The notes under the pieces: generated by a model
What the model was told of the DNA's origin: nothing
The model's database searches: none
What the model saw: only the letters and a program-made list of their open reading frames with translations
Shown here: in pieces, positions 11,790 to 25,879 of the stretch
Layout of the letters: every line of letters starts with the position of its first letter
How positions within the stretch are numbered: the stretch's first letter is position 1
Source of the DNA: Basidiobolus meristosporus CBS 931.73
Taxonomy: Eukaryota; Fungi; Basidiobolomycota
Direction of reading: 5' to 3'
Assembly (NCBI GenBank): GCA_002104905.1
Contig: MCFE01000390.1
Coordinates: 1 to 64,000, forward strand
DNA: 64,000 nucleotides
Program-made: the position numbers and the translations under genes

Positions 11790-13630
11790 GTAATAAGCTA
11801 GACCAATCTGATTCATGTACCAAGTGGAGTTGTGCAACTTGTTCTAATCTTGATAACGCATCAGCAACAGTGTTGTTCCTCCCAGGGCAACAGATAATCA
11901 CCAAATCAAATTACTGAATGTATTCACTCCATCTTGTTATTCTTCTGGAGAGTGTATTCCAAGTAGTATACCTGAGGGATGCATGCTCAGTTGTCACAGT
12001 GCATTTGGCTCCTACAATATAGCATTTTTAAGTCATCAAGCAGTGTATTATAGCAAGCATCTCCTTCTCATGCACTGGATAGTTTTGATGTGCTGAGTTT
12101 AGTTTCTTGGACTCAAAGGCAACTAGGTAGTCTTTTTCCTTGTGTTTGTGGCTAAACACTCCACAATTGCATAATCTGAATCATCTAAGCACAGAGTAAA
12201 CACTTTTCTGAGCTCAGGTATTCTTGAACTTGGCAAGTTGGCAAGTTCATTTTTGAGCGTCCAAAAGGCAGTCCTACAGGCTAAATCCCACTTGTAGGTA
12301 TTATCTTTCTTGCAGATATCAGTTAAAGGGGCTGCAATACATGCAAAGGATTTGACAAATCTCCAATAATTGGACACCATTCCAGAGGAATGTGTCCAGA
12401 TATTCATATTTACCTTGAAGAATTCACACTTGGCTAGCTTACCATATTGCTTGTTCTCTCTTAGATGCTTCCAGACCTTTTCAATGTGCACCAAGTGATC
12501 CTCTTCTGTCTTGCTGTATATCATTAGACTTGTTCCGTTGGATAGTACCACATAGAGCCATGAGTGCCAAATAGTGCCATAGTGTGCCTGAAAGTCATAG
12601 CAGACCTAAACTTGGCCACAGAGTGTGACATATAGTTCTGCATATTCATGCAAAGCAGCCCCTGTGTTTCACCTACTGTGCCGGAGAAAATCAGTTTTTT
12701 AACCTTTTTTTTGGATCAAAATTGTGCATGACGTAAAAGAGCACAGACAGACTGAAGATATGCATCTGGTACACAATACCCATGGCACTCTAAATCTAGC
12801 CCCACAGGCTTGTAGCATGCCACAAAAATGCATGGCACTATCTTGGTCCACTGGTACTATCTGGCACTATAAGTGCTTTGTATAGGTTCTACTTTAGGGC
12901 TAATATTTAAGTATAGTGCCAGATAGTACCAGTGGACCAAGATAGTGCCATGCATTTTTGTGGCATGCTACAAGCCTGTGGGGCTAGATTTAGAGTGCCA
13001 TGGGTATTGTGTACCAGATGCATATCTTCAGTCTGTCTGTGCTCTTTTAAGTCATGCTCAATCTTGATCCCAAAAAAAAGGTTAAAAAATTGATTTTCTC
13101 CCGCAACATAGGTGAAACACAGGGGCTGCTTTGCACAAATATGCAGAACTATATGTCACACTCTGTGGCCAAGTTTAGGTCTGCTATGACTCTCAGGCAC
13201 ACTATGGCACTATTTGGCACTCATGGCTCAATGTGGCACTATCCAACGGAACAAGTCTATTATGTCATCTAGGTAGATTACCACAAACCTGTCTAAGCAT
13301 TTCTGGAAGACAGTCTGCATCAAGGTCATTAATGTTGCAGCGGCATTGGTGAGGCCAAAACTCATGACTAAGTACTTGCAATGTCCATATCTGGTCCAAA
13401 ATGCTGTCTTAGAGATGTCTTCTGGCTTCACCCTAATCAGGTTGTATCCTGACATGAGGTCAATCTACTGAATATAGTGGCTCCATTGAGTTAGTCCAAA
13501 AGCTCATCTATCCAAGGTATGGGATATTTCTTCTTCATGATAACTGAGTTGAGGGCTCCATAGTTGGTAAACATCCTGAGTGTTCAATCCTTCTTCTTCA
13601 CAAAAGGACAGGCGCTCCCAAAGGTGACTT
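11790..13630 (-). pseudogene. Gypsy-B RT/RNase H fragment interrupted by a foldback MITE
   Basis: ORFs 12123..12551 and 13228..13455 (FVVIYLDDII) are the two halves flanking 12526-13258. Confidence 0.85.
12526..13258. mobile_element. 733-bp foldback MITE of the PHIS family, TSD ATT
   Basis: ~346-bp inverted arms and a 40-bp loop; termini agacttgttccg...cggaacaagtct; att on both sides; empty-site homologue tatatcattatgtc at ~37929. Confidence 0.9.
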
Positions 13631-14027
13631 GCTAGGCCTGATATATACTTGGCTGATTCAAATTGGATCCATCCGCAAGACCAATTAATTTTTACTGGGA
13701 AGTGGTTGCATTACTTCTTCAAGAGGGGTGCTCAGGAGAGCACACTTAAATATTGCAAGGATTTCCTGCAAAAACTGGCAGATGAGGTTCTGGACCTTGC
13801 AGTGCCTGCTGAAAACCCGGAAATATGGGAACCAGTAAATGAATAGTAGCATTAAGCAGCAGGGTTTCCACCAAAGTCTTTGGACAGGGTGGGGCAGCAG
13901 AAATATGTATTGAATGCGGAATATGATGGGCTAACTTATTGAGTGTTGGGCTGGACTGAATGCCAGTGTTGGTTACAGGGACTTCTATAGGTCAAAAAAA
14001 TTGGCAATTGAGGTTAAACTGAAGTTT

Positions 14028-17000
14028 TGGTTGACATATTGCGCTAATTAGTATTATTTTGCAGCTGAATATTTACTTGGCAATTCTGGACTAATCTTGG
14101 TCACAGTAAAATTAACTTACTGCCCCAGCCTTGACACTTTCTTGAGATCTATTATCCTATTATTCCTCTCCTATAGTCAAGTTCAAATTAGCACTTTTAG
14201 CAAACATTATGAGCTAACCCTTAAACTAATATAGAATGCTCCTGAATGTTGAGAAGCCCTCCTTACTTAGTGTTAGTGTGTATTACCTCTACAAATGTAT
14301 AAATACTGAGCTTCTCAATGAATAAAAATAGTTCAATTATCATCACTTTTCTTGACAAGTTCCTTAAATCCAAATCACTTCTTAAGTTGCAACAGGTTAT
14401 GAGCCCAAATTACCTCAAACTAAGATAAAGATGACATCTACCAGCAACAAGAACAATACAAAAATCTTGCTGTAAAGAAGTGGTCAGATTTAAAGAACTG
14501 GAGATTTTGTAGAATCAAGATGAAGATTCAACTTGAGGAAAGAAAGCTTTGGATCTAATAACAGGAAAGGAAGTGGGGCCCAAAGGAACAGCAAATGAAG
14601 CTGAAATGTGTCAAGAGAAGGAGAAAAAGGACTTTAATCCCATACATATCAATGTGCAAGATTCCTTTGTTGGACAACTTCATGCAACAGTACAAGAGAG
14701 TGCAAATAACTAAAGTAGTCAATGATAGACTGACTCTGGAGCCTCACTTCATATTTGCGGTGCAAAGGAGTGGCTCAGTAACTTAAAGACTATTCCCAGG
14801 AATAAAGTTTATCTGGGAGACAACACTGCACTGCAAGCTACTTTTAGTGGGTCTTTACGGCTAAATATGAGTGATATCACAGGAGCAACAACAGTATTAC
14901 TGACTGATGTGTTCTATGTGCTTAGAATAGTCAAGAACCTACTCTTAGTCAGCAAAGAAAATATTCAGGGACTAAAAGTTGTTTTTTCTAAGCTGAGCTT
15001 CTCAATATTGAGTGAAAATGGAGAAAAATAACCTCTTGTAGTCAGAGATCACAATATATTCAAGTTACAATCCACAACTATTGTACCTAAGTATGTCAAC
15101 ATTGCTAAAACTGGTCATGCTAGCTAGGAGGTATGGTTTAGGAGGCTAGAACACATTGTGAACCAGAAAATGAGCAAAATGGTGATACATTAACTTGTTT
15201 TGGGCTTAATTTACTTGATGCCAAACTTGTTGGGTGTTCCTAGGGGTTGTTGATATGACAAGCAAGCTAGGCATCATTTAAGAAGCTCATATGCATTGGC
15301 AGCACTGAAATATTGGTCATTATGCACTCACACATACACAATTCCGTGAAAACACCATCCTTTGGAGTCAAGCAACACCTTACAGTGTTATCTTCACTAC
15401 AAGACAAGATATACATGGATGTACTACCTTCAAACAAAGAATGAGGCTTTAGAGACAGATAAGCACTTCTGAATCAAGACAGAAGTAAACACTGGATGTA
15501 AATTGAAGGTGTTTTGAGGTGACAATGGAGGGGAATACTGCTTAAAGGATTTAGCTAAATACTGCTCATTTGCTGGTATACCTCAACAAACTACTGCTCC
15601 ACATATGCAACAGCAAAAAGCAGTAGCAGGACATGCAAATCAAACAATACTAGAGATGGGATGATATTTACTACATGATAAGGAAATGGACTACAAGATT
15701 TGGGCTGAATCTGTTGCTACTGTGGTGTACATTAGAAATAGAAGCCCAACACCAGCATTATGTGAAACTACATCCTCTCAAGCATATACAGGCAGGAACC
15801 AGATCTTCAGCACCTCACAATCTTTTGCAGCAAAGTTTTTTATCATATCCATGACAAGAAACACTCAAGGTTTTACCAATCCAAAAAGCCCCAATAAGGT
15901 GTGCAGACTTGGGAAACTGTTGTATGGGCTTAAGCAGGCACCTACACCATGGTAAAATAAGAGTGATATATTTCTGAGCGCAATTGGGTTCAATTGTAGC
16001 ACTGCAGATCACAGTATAAATGTGAAACAGCTCAAAAGGGTGTGATTGTCCTTGTTCTCTATGTGGGCAACATAATAATAGCTACAAGTGACCAGGAGGC
16101 ACTTTGACAGACACAATAAGTGCTCTTAAGCAAGCTCTAGATTTAATGATATTTGAAATTGAGCTATTCTCTTGGAATCAAGGTCAAAATTTACATGCCT
16201 ACGCAGAAAAATGTGCTTAGCTAGTCAAAGTATACCATGGACATTCTTAGTCGCTATAAAATGAAAAATTGCAATCAGACAGCAAGCTTTATGTACAATA
16301 ACCTTATTGAGTAAATCTCTGCCTGTTTTACGTTAAAAAGGTTCAAGTATGGACCAAAGCATTTCTATCAGTAAATGGTTGGTAGTCTGATGTACTTGAT
16401 GGGTCTACATGTCCAGATCTCTCAGTGGCAGTTGGAATAATTAGTCATGTTATGCAAAATTATGGATCAGATCCAAATACAGCAGTCAGGCAGATTTTCA
16501 GACATCTACAAGGTACCCTAAATGTGGCACTGGAATACTCTTGAGCAGCTAATAGCCACAGGTTTCATGGTTATAGTGATCCTGGCTGAGGTATGGATTT
16601 GATAGACAGATGCACTACCACTGTGTGTGCATTTCTTTATGCTGGTGCCCATATTGATTTGAATTGCAAGAAACTACCAACTGTAGCGCTATGTACAACA
16701 GAACTGGAATATGTGGCTGCTTAGCAAGCAATTAATGGCGCTATATGGCTACAAGAATTATTCAAAGACTTGGGTTTTAGTTTAGATCAACCAACATGTG
16801 TTTACAAGAATAATCAAAGTTGCATTTCATTAGCTGAAAATTCTACTAATCATGCTAGAACCAAGCACATATATTACAACACCATTTTATGAGGGAAGCT
16901 GCAGAAAATGACTTGATAGTTTTAGCTTACTGCCCACTTAACTAAATGGTAGCTGATATAGTGACAAAATGACTAGCTAAGCCAAAATTTGAGAATCTGA

Positions 17001-17407
17001 CAGGAATTGGGATTGAGAAAATACTCAATTTAGGGGGAGTGTTGAAACATTGGACTAATTGGTATCATTCAGCATCTGAAGCTCTACTTAACAATTCTGG
17101 ACTAGTCTTGGTCACAGTGGGACTAACTTACATCCCTAACTCTGCCACTTTCTTCAGATCTATGATCCTTTGATTATTCCCCTATAGTCAAGATCAAATA
17201 AGCACTTTTACCAGACATTGTGTACTAGCCCTGAAGTTGTTACAGAATGCTCCTGATTGTCAAGAAGCACTCCTTACTCAGTGTTACAGTTATATCACCT
17301 CTACAAAGGTACAAATACTGAGCTTCTTTATGAGTAAGCTCAGTCAACCTATTATCACTATTTCTTCGTAAGTTCCTTAAATCCAAATGACTTTTTATGT
17401 TGCAACA
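14028..17407 (+). mobile_element. Degenerate Copia-C element: 5' LTR ~14028-14394, PBS 14395-14406, deleted internal region, PPT ~17030-17039, 3' LTR 17040-17407
   Basis: PBS ggttatgagccc; integrase/RT remnants (WAESVATVVYIRNRSPT, KLLYGLKQAP); PPT tagggggag before tgttgaaac. Confidence 0.8.
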
Positions 17408-20400
17408 GGTTATGAGCCCCAATTGCCTAAAGCTAATATAGATATGACATCTACCAGCAGCAAGAATGATACCAACATCTTTGCTGTATAGGAGAGGTTA
17501 GGGCCAGGATTAGAATTGCCCAATCCTTGAAATTGACTTAACTCACAAAGATTTGTGGGGTCATACGCAAAATTCATCCTTAGGCAGGATGAAGCAATTA
17601 ATCACTTTTATTAATGATTAAACAAGATACTTGTGGGTCTATTTCATGATAGAAAGCAAGAAGCTCTGTTAAAGTTTGGGGATATTAAAGTCATGGTTGA
17701 AAGGGAAACCGGTGAAAAAACTAAGAAGATAGGATCAGATGCTAGTGGGGAATACACCTCAAAACTCTTGATCAGCTTCTGCAAAATTCATAGGGAAAAA
17801 CCAGAGACTACTGTACCATACTACCCATAGCAAGATGAAGTAGCAGAGCGTGCAAACCTATCAAAAAATGATATGGCAAGATCTAAGGTTCATGATCAAA
17901 TTATCCTCTAATTTTGGGTGAAATCAGTTACCACAGCTGTATACCCTAAAAATAGAAATATAGCAGAATACTTTGTGATTCTACTCCAGTTGAAGCATGG
18001 TATGGATACAGACCAAGTGCAAAACATATAAGAATATCTGGGCATACAGCATATGCCAAGAAACTGCTTGCAAATCAGTCAAATTTGAGCCAAAAAGTAT
18101 ATAATGCATATTTTTAGGCCACTGCAACTAAAGTGCAGCATACATACTCCACAATACTAAAGCTAAGAAGCTAATCAAGTCCAGGGATGAGTTGTTTAAT
18201 GAATATTCAAAGTTTCACAAAAAATGACATCAGATGATGACAAAATTCTGATCTCAAGTCTATCAATTCTCAGAAATGAATCAGAGCAAAACAATGAAGA
18301 TTTTCTCACTCCAGAGGACTCTACCATCATGGTTCACCCTTATTCAGTTACCAGGTATATCACAGAAATTATCATTCTAGTAATAAATGCCTAGAGATCC
18401 AATTAGGCAATATATGGCCTAAACTACTATGTTGATGAGGGTGCAAGCTTAGCCTATGCCAATTCAGACCATATTGATGAACCTCAGACTCTAAAAGTAG
18501 CCCTAAATAGCCCTCAAACAAAGTTTTGGAGATCTGCAATGACTGAGGAATATCAGGCTCTGATGGCAAATCAAATTGGGACTTGGTCAAATTACCAATC
18601 AGCAAAAAATTAATTGGATGCAGATGGGTTTTTAAGAATGTATACAAGACTAATGGTACAGTTGGAAGATACAAAGCAAGACTTGTGGCTCAAGGACACT
18701 CTGAAACAAAAGTACTTGACTACCCTCAGACCTTTGCATTGGTAGTCAAGTCTAATTCCATCAGACTGATATTGGCAATTGCAGCCAAGTATAAGTTTTT
18801 TATTTATCAAGTGGATGTAAAAGCAGCATTTTTGTATGGAGAACTTGATGAAGATAACCTGCACTTGGTCTGAAAGCTTAAAAGTCTCTACATGGTCTCA
18901 AGCATTCATCAAGAGCCCGGAATTGCAAGATAGATTCTAATTAGAATTGTTAAGCTTCCAAAGGAGTCATGCTGACTATAGCATAAACTGTAAGCCAGAT
19001 GGAGTAAATCCAGTTCTATTAGCTCTATATGTGGATGAACTTATTATAGCTGCCAATAACCTTACAACACTGGAAGAGACTAAATCCAGCCTATCTAAGA
19101 TGTTCAGGATGTCTGATCAAGGAGAACTCAGCTACTACTTAGGGATTAAGTTCTCCATAGACAGAAGTACCCAGACTATCCCCCTAAGCCAATCCAAGTA
19201 TATTCAAGTCATACTAAAGAAGTACAAAATAGAAGATTGTAAACTGGCAGCTACCCCAATGGAAACAAATTTTAACTTGGTCAAAACTCAACCAAATCAA
19301 GAGAGTGTAGTGCCATCTGAAAGCCCTGTCATTCCTTATCAATTGATGGCTGGCAGTCTGATTTATTTTAGGCTTGGAACACATCCAGATATCACATATT
19401 CAGTGGGAGCTGACAGCCAATATGATCAGAGCTGTGGATCTATTCATATTGCAGTTGTTGAGGGATTTGGAGATACCTAAAAGGAACTGCTGATATCTGC
19501 TCAAGATACATCTATAGGAATTTGGAACAGGATATTATGGGTTACCCTGATACCAATTGGGAACAAAAGTTGGAAGACAGCAGATCCACAACAGGATACA
19601 CTTTTTTTACTGTCAAGGAGTGATTTCATGGAATTCAAGAAAGCAACCAGCTGTAGCACTTTCTACCACAGAGGCAGAGTATATGGCAGCCTGTGAAGCT
19701 ACAAAAGAAGCAATGTGGCTAAGAATACTTCTTAAAGATTTAGACCTATGTCAAAAAACACTTTCACTCTGTTTCAACATAATTAACAATGAATACAACT
19801 TTGTAGAAATCCAGCTCTTCATGCTAGAACCAAGCACATAGATACTAGATATCATTTCATTTGTGATGCTGTAGAAAATAACTTAGTTTGCTTAGTTCAC
19901 TTTCCTTCAAGTGATATGATTGCAGACCTATTTACCTAACCATTAGCTAGAGACAAGTTTGAATATCTATAGTCAAAATCAGAACTAGTCAGAATGAGCA
20001 TTTAGCTGCATGGGAGTGTTGCAAAAGATCATAATTGCACCTCAATACTCACCTAACTTAGTCACTTAGATCATTACCTTCAAATTCTAGAGAATACTGA
20101 CCCAACTCCTTGTATGGACTTACTTAGAATATTTTCACCATATTATCAAGTACCCAGCACACAGATATTAGACATCATTTCATATGTGAAGCTATAGAGA
20201 ATAACTTGGCTAGCTTAACTTACTGTCTTTCACATGAAATTATAGCAAAATATTTACCAAACCTTTAGCTGGAAACAAGCTTGATTATCTTAGGTCTAAA
20301 TTAGGACTAGTCAATATGAACATTTAACTAAGTGAGAGTGTTACTAAAGCTTACAATCCAATCTAAATATTCACCTAGCATTGTCACTTAGAACATTACC

Positions 20401-20687
20401 TTCAAATTCTAGAGAATACTGATCAAATTCCTTGTTGGGATTTGCTTGGAATATTTTTACTAAAATACTAGGTACCTAAAACATGAAAATTCCTGAAGTT
20501 GACCAAATAGCCCCAAGCTTGGCACACAAGTTTTTGGGACCTTCCTTAACCTATTTTACAAGTTTGTTATGCCAAGACCATGTAAAAGTATTAAACTACA
20601 TTTACATTCAATATATTATTAAGTGAAAACCACATAATATACTTGTCCTCCCAAATCACTTTCAATATCTCCAAGACTCTTACAGCA
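17408..20687 (+). mobile_element. Degenerate Copia segment: Copia-C PBS/gag start joined to Copia-A integrase-RT-RNase H, then a partial LTR (20017-) and a duplicated 3' end with LTR 20339-20687
   Basis: ORFs 17633..17830, 18583..18873, 18947..19480 and 19557..19841 align to the intact Copia-A; PPT tgggag before tgttgcaaaag. Confidence 0.75.
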
Positions 20688-20738
20688 GTATTGACTCTGG
20701 AAGCTTTTGTACATGGTCATCTCAGCGGACACTAAACC

Positions 20739-21479
20739 TGTTACAAGTTATGATATAAGTGTTGTAGCTGAATAGAGAGTTTAGCTACTATTGTATTTGT
20801 TGGAATATTGGACTATTTGGTATCATTCAGCAGCTAAAAACTTACTAAACAATTCTAGACTAGTCTTAGTTACTGTAGGACTCATTTACTGCCTTAACTT
20901 TGCCACTTTCTCCAGATATATGATCTCATGATTATTCCCCTATAGTCAGGATCAAATTAGCACTATTACCAAACATTATGTACTAACCCTGAAACTGTTA
21001 CAGAATGCTCCTGAATATTGAGAAGCCCTCCCTACTTAGTGTTAAAGCTGTATTACTTCTACAAAGGTATAAATACTGAACTTCTTTATGAATAAACAAC
21101 AGTTCAACTATTATCACTACTTCTTGATAAGTTCCTTATATCCAAATCACTTCTTAAATTGCAACCGTATTCACTAAAAATTGAGCTGATCTTTATTGAG
21201 GTTTGAGCAGCTCCTTATATACATGCTGCCAGATCAATTGCTGACTAATTGTATTTCCTAACGTAGGTTGTTGCTGATAACTCATTTGATTGGATGATCA
21301 TTGCCCAATTAAATTATGCTGACTATATCTATTTCTGTATAACAAGGATCAGCTAGTCCATCTGCAGACTAATAATACTGATCTGGCAGATAGCACTGAT
21401 ATACTGATAGGCCAAACATAAAACTAATTGATTTAATTAAACTGTTCCAACTTAAACATTCAAGCTGTAGATCATTACA
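20739..21479 (-). repeat. Gypsy-B LTR containing a nested solo Copia-C LTR
   Basis: LTR-B sequence resumes exactly after the insert. Confidence 0.8.
20798..21166 (+). repeat. Solo Copia-C LTR with 5-bp TSD GTATT
   Basis: gtatt at 20793-20797 and 21167-21171; homologous to 17040-17407. Confidence 0.85.
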
Positions 21480-23114
21480 TTTGCCTCTACCAAAGTTGAG
21501 ACGGTACTCCTGAATCTTTTTTCTTGTTATTTCAATATCTTGATGTTTCAGTATTGCCAGTAAGTCTTGCAAGCTTGAGTCTGTCTCTACAAACTAAGTC
21601 TTGCCGGATATTACCATTTTTGTCCACTAGTTGGCAAGTTGTAAATAGACATTCTTTCATAATCTTGAAAGGTACCATTCATTATGGCTCAAACTTCTTG
21701 CATTTGTAGCTTCTAATAAAATAAAGCTCCCAGCTGTTAATGTCACTGGTGATATAGTCTTATTATATCTCTGCTGCATCTTTTCTGCACTCTGCATTAC
21801 TTTTGGCCTGTGCTTCTTGACATCTTTGTTCCAGCTGCTGGCGTCTACTTGGCTGACTGAGTTCATCTTCTAAGGTGTCTGTAAGCTTTGGTTGTGTGAG
21901 ATCCCCTGGAATCCTTGGTGCACATCCATATACAAGGTAAAATGGTAATTCTTGGGTGTTGTTGTGTGCTCTAACTTTGCAGGCAAAAAGCGCTTGGTCT
22001 ATATACTCATTGTATCTGTTGACAGCTCTATTTGCCAACTTGGTCAGCATTTTTCCAAATAAGCAATTAAAGCACCCAGTGACTACATTAATTCTAGGGT
22101 GATATGATGAAGTTTTCAATTGTATGACTTGCTGCATTACCAGGTAAGCTTCCAATGCTATTGCCATTAAGTTTGCTCCTCTACTGGATAATATCTAACA
22201 GGGTATCCAAACTTCATGAGGATCTCATGGTTGATGAAACTTACTACTTCTTGTTTACTGGCTTTAGCCGCTGTCATTTGGTGGCATGATCAGTTGCTAC
22301 TAGGATCTATTGGTTGAATTTTCTGGTGGTTGGTATCTTCCAAGAAGGTCAATTCCCCATCACTCAAATGATCTTGCAAGCTCTAAGAGAAAGAGTTCAG
22401 CAAATCTCTGTGGTTGGCCTTGGATGATTTAGCAATTTGGACATGCTTTCACTAGCTTCTCAATGTCTTCTTTCATTCTGGGCCACCATGCTCTTGCTTT
22501 CACAGGGCTGAAGGTTCCTTCAATTCCAAGATGTCCATATCCATAGTGTAGCTTATGTATCAGATCCAGGCAAGCAGCATAAGGGCAATAGGCAATAGGG
22601 CTTCCATCAGCAATTTGACAGAGTGTTTCAACCTGTACTACAGATTTTGTGGCTTCATCCTGGATTATCTTCTTGATCTCATCATCCACCTCATCAACAA
22701 CAGCTTGGTCCTCCAAGTACTTTGGTGATAGGCTAGGCCAATCTGATTCATGCACCAAGTTGAGTTGTGCAACTTGTTCTAATCTTGATAGGGCATCAGC
22801 AACTGTTTTTTTTTCAGGGCAGTAGACAACCTCCAAATCAAATTCCTGCATGTATTCAATCCATCTTGTAATTCTTCTAGAAGGTACCCTCTGAATCAAT
22901 ACGTATGCTTGAGTGAGGCATGATCAGTCTTCACAGTACACTTGACTCCTTCAATGTAGCATCTCCAGGTCTTCAAGCAATGTATTATGGCAAAAATCTC
23001 TATCTCATATGCTGAATAATTTGTTCTGCTGAGTTCAGCTTGTTGGACTCATAAGCATCTGGCTAGTCCTTTCCCTCATGTTCTTGGTTCAGTACTCCAC
23101 CAATTGCATACTCT
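21480..23114 (-). pseudogene. Gypsy-B integrase/RNase H (duplicate of 9728-11368)
   Basis: ORFs 21763..22167 and 22429..22899, the latter very similar to 10607..11104. Confidence 0.85.
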
Positions 23115-24960
23115 GGTTATGATCTACCGCTTGAATGTTCAAGTCAGATTAATTTTTAGTTAAATAAGTTAGTTATATGTTTACCTATCAGTATAGCAGT
23201 GCTATCTATCACATCAGTAGCATTAGTGGGTAAATGAATAAGCAGATCCTTATCAGACAGAAGTAGGTATATTAAGTAGAACTTATTGGGTGATAATGAT
23301 GCAATCAAATGAGTCATCCGCCCCAACCTACATAAGGAAATACAATTGGTCAGCAATTGATCTGGCAAAATGTATATAAGGAGCTGCTGGAACCTTAATG
23401 AAAAATCAGCTCAAGTTTTGGTTAATATATTACTAGCTAAACTCCCTATTCTTCTACAACTCTAATACCAAGACTTGTAACATTGGTAGCAGCAATAACA
23501 GAAACCTTCCTCCTAAAGAAAGAAGAAGCCTGCTCCAACATGTCAGAAATTCCAGAATGGAAGAATGCTATGCAGCAAATCCTGGCCCAACAGCAACAAT
23601 TACTCCAGATCCTGAGCCAGCAGCATCAAGAAATGACTACCATGATGCCAAACCAGCAAAACCCTGTCAAGAGCAACTTTAGTGTCAAGGTCTACTGGTA
23701 GCATGGTTGAATCAATGAAAACCAGGGAACTTGGCTCTCTCAGATTGAAGAAGCTTTCAGGGCTAAGGGAATCTCTCCAGAAAGAGAGCTACATTATGCT
23801 GCCTCCTACCTGGCAAATGCAGCTTCATAGTGGTACCACAGCAAGATCAGGTCAGCAACAATGATGGGACGCTCTACAATCTCCAACTGGGATGAATTTG
23901 TGTTGGAAACTTGGGATGCTCTTAGGCCCCCACACCTGCAGGCACTACTCTGAAGAAAGTTAAAGACACTCACACAGAAAAGATCAGTTTTAGAGTACAT
24001 CTATGAGTATAGATGTTAACTTGGACAAGTTGAAAGTATGGACCCCCTGGATCAACTGAAATACTTTATTGATGGGTTGAAAGAAAAAACTTGCAAGGAA
24101 GTGATATATTGAAGACCACAGACTATTGAGGAAGCCATTAAGACTGCCATTGACTATGACTCAGCTATGTTTGGAGTTGGGTGGCCCACAATGACTAATC
24201 AGAGAGGGTACAATCACTATGAAAGAAGACAACAAGAAGCAGTGTCAATGGAAACAGATGCTATACAGAAGAATCCTACCTTGGAAGAATGTAAGAAGCA
24301 AGGACTATGCTTTATTTGCCACCAGCAGGAACATATTGCAAAGTACTGCCCTCAAAGAAGAAATGGACACCAACCATCACAAACCTTTAGCCATATTGAA
24401 GCCCTTGAGCACATTAACATGGAGGATGAACCTGGAGAAGACTTAGGACTCACCTTCTGTTTGATGGAAGAACATCTATCCCAATTGACCTCAAACTCAG
24501 AAAGCTGTTATACTTGAATGAATTAATCAATGGAGTACCTGTCAAAATTATGATTGACTCAGGAGCATCACATGAGCACATGTCAGAGTAATATGCTTTG
24601 AAGGCTGGAATCAACTGAGAACCCACCCAATCAACTTCAGTCTCAACAGCTGCAGGGAACTCTCACAAAGTCAACTGTATGTTGCAGCCAGTAAGGATGA
24701 AAATCAATGACTACCACAAAGACCTACCATGCTATATATTTATGAACTGCAAATGTGACCTTGTACTTGGAAAAACCTGGCAATTTGTTGTAATACATCA
24801 ATCAACTGGAGAGCCCATGCTACTCAGATGCAGAAGGACAACAAGACCTATGTGCTATTACCTGTCAGACTGGACTGGGTCAGTTCCAATGTGTATGAAA
24901 CAAGTGAACTTAGCACAACACAGTACTGTAGAGCTCTTAGAAAAGGCACCCAGAAGTTCC
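23115..24960 (+). mobile_element. Gypsy-B 5' half: LTR 23115-23482, PBS 23484-23493, degenerate gag and protease
   Basis: MSEIPEWKNAMQQILAQQ gag start; CCHC knuckle CFICHQQEHIAKYC; protease motif IMIDSGAS near 24550. Confidence 0.85.
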
Positions 24961-25149
24961 TAATGGTCATATAACAGGAGGATTCCTCTACTTCACCACC
25001 TAAGACAGCCTTGATGTGCTCTCTGCATATTTGAGCAGACCTAGCCAACCAATAGAGCCAAATGCCTTAGATTGCTAGAAACTTGACAGTATTCTGACAG
25101 CCTCCTGGCTTATCATTGCTGGCATTATTACAGGAGTTTGTTTGCCTAA

Positions 25150-25870
25150 AGAAGGTTGTGTATATTGCTACCATTTTGAATTACTAAGTGATATTTTCTT
25201 TTCCTACCTCCTCTTGTGCCATTGAAATATTCCACTTTAAAATCACCCCTGATTATTTGCTTTCCCACTACTACCTTAGGTATTCTACATATAGCTCAAA
25301 TCAAAAAAAACTATGGCTTCCTGCTTACTAGCCTCTGCATATATGCACACCCACTGCAATTGACATACCTCTATTTCCCCAAACTCATGGCTTTTTAGTG
25401 CAGTACTTACAAAGTGGCAATTTGCCTTGTATTGCTTGTAAAAAAATATCTTGCAAATGTATGCTTGATTGCCACCAGTTTTGTCATAAATACCTCCTAT
25501 ATGTCTGCAAGTAACTGGTTAATTGCTAACCAGTATATTCCTTTTCCTTATACATCTTGTAAATGTATGCTTGGTTGCTGCCAGTTCTATCATGAATACC
25601 TCTGGAATATCCACAAAGAGCCTTTTAGTATTTAGCCAAAATATTCCTTCTCCCTGCTGGATCTTAGTCCCCCTGCAGGTGAGCTCTGGCTCTTGTTTGT
25701 GTGAATTCTGTATTGAATGGTTTAGAAATCTGTATTTGACCAGGAGTAACCCTGCATATTTTGGTGGAGTTGTCCTGTTAAAATTAAGTTCATGTTGCAC
25801 CCAACCCAACTTTGTATTACCTAACTGTTTGCCCTTCCATTATGACTACTTAGCTTCTTGATGGCAATGC
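25150..25870 (-). repeat. Fragment of the CACTA-linked downstream segment
   Basis: ORF 25519..25809 (LFVDIPEVFMIELAATKHTFTRC) is homologous to 7593..7799. Confidence 0.65.
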
Positions 25871-25879
25871 AATAAGTGT

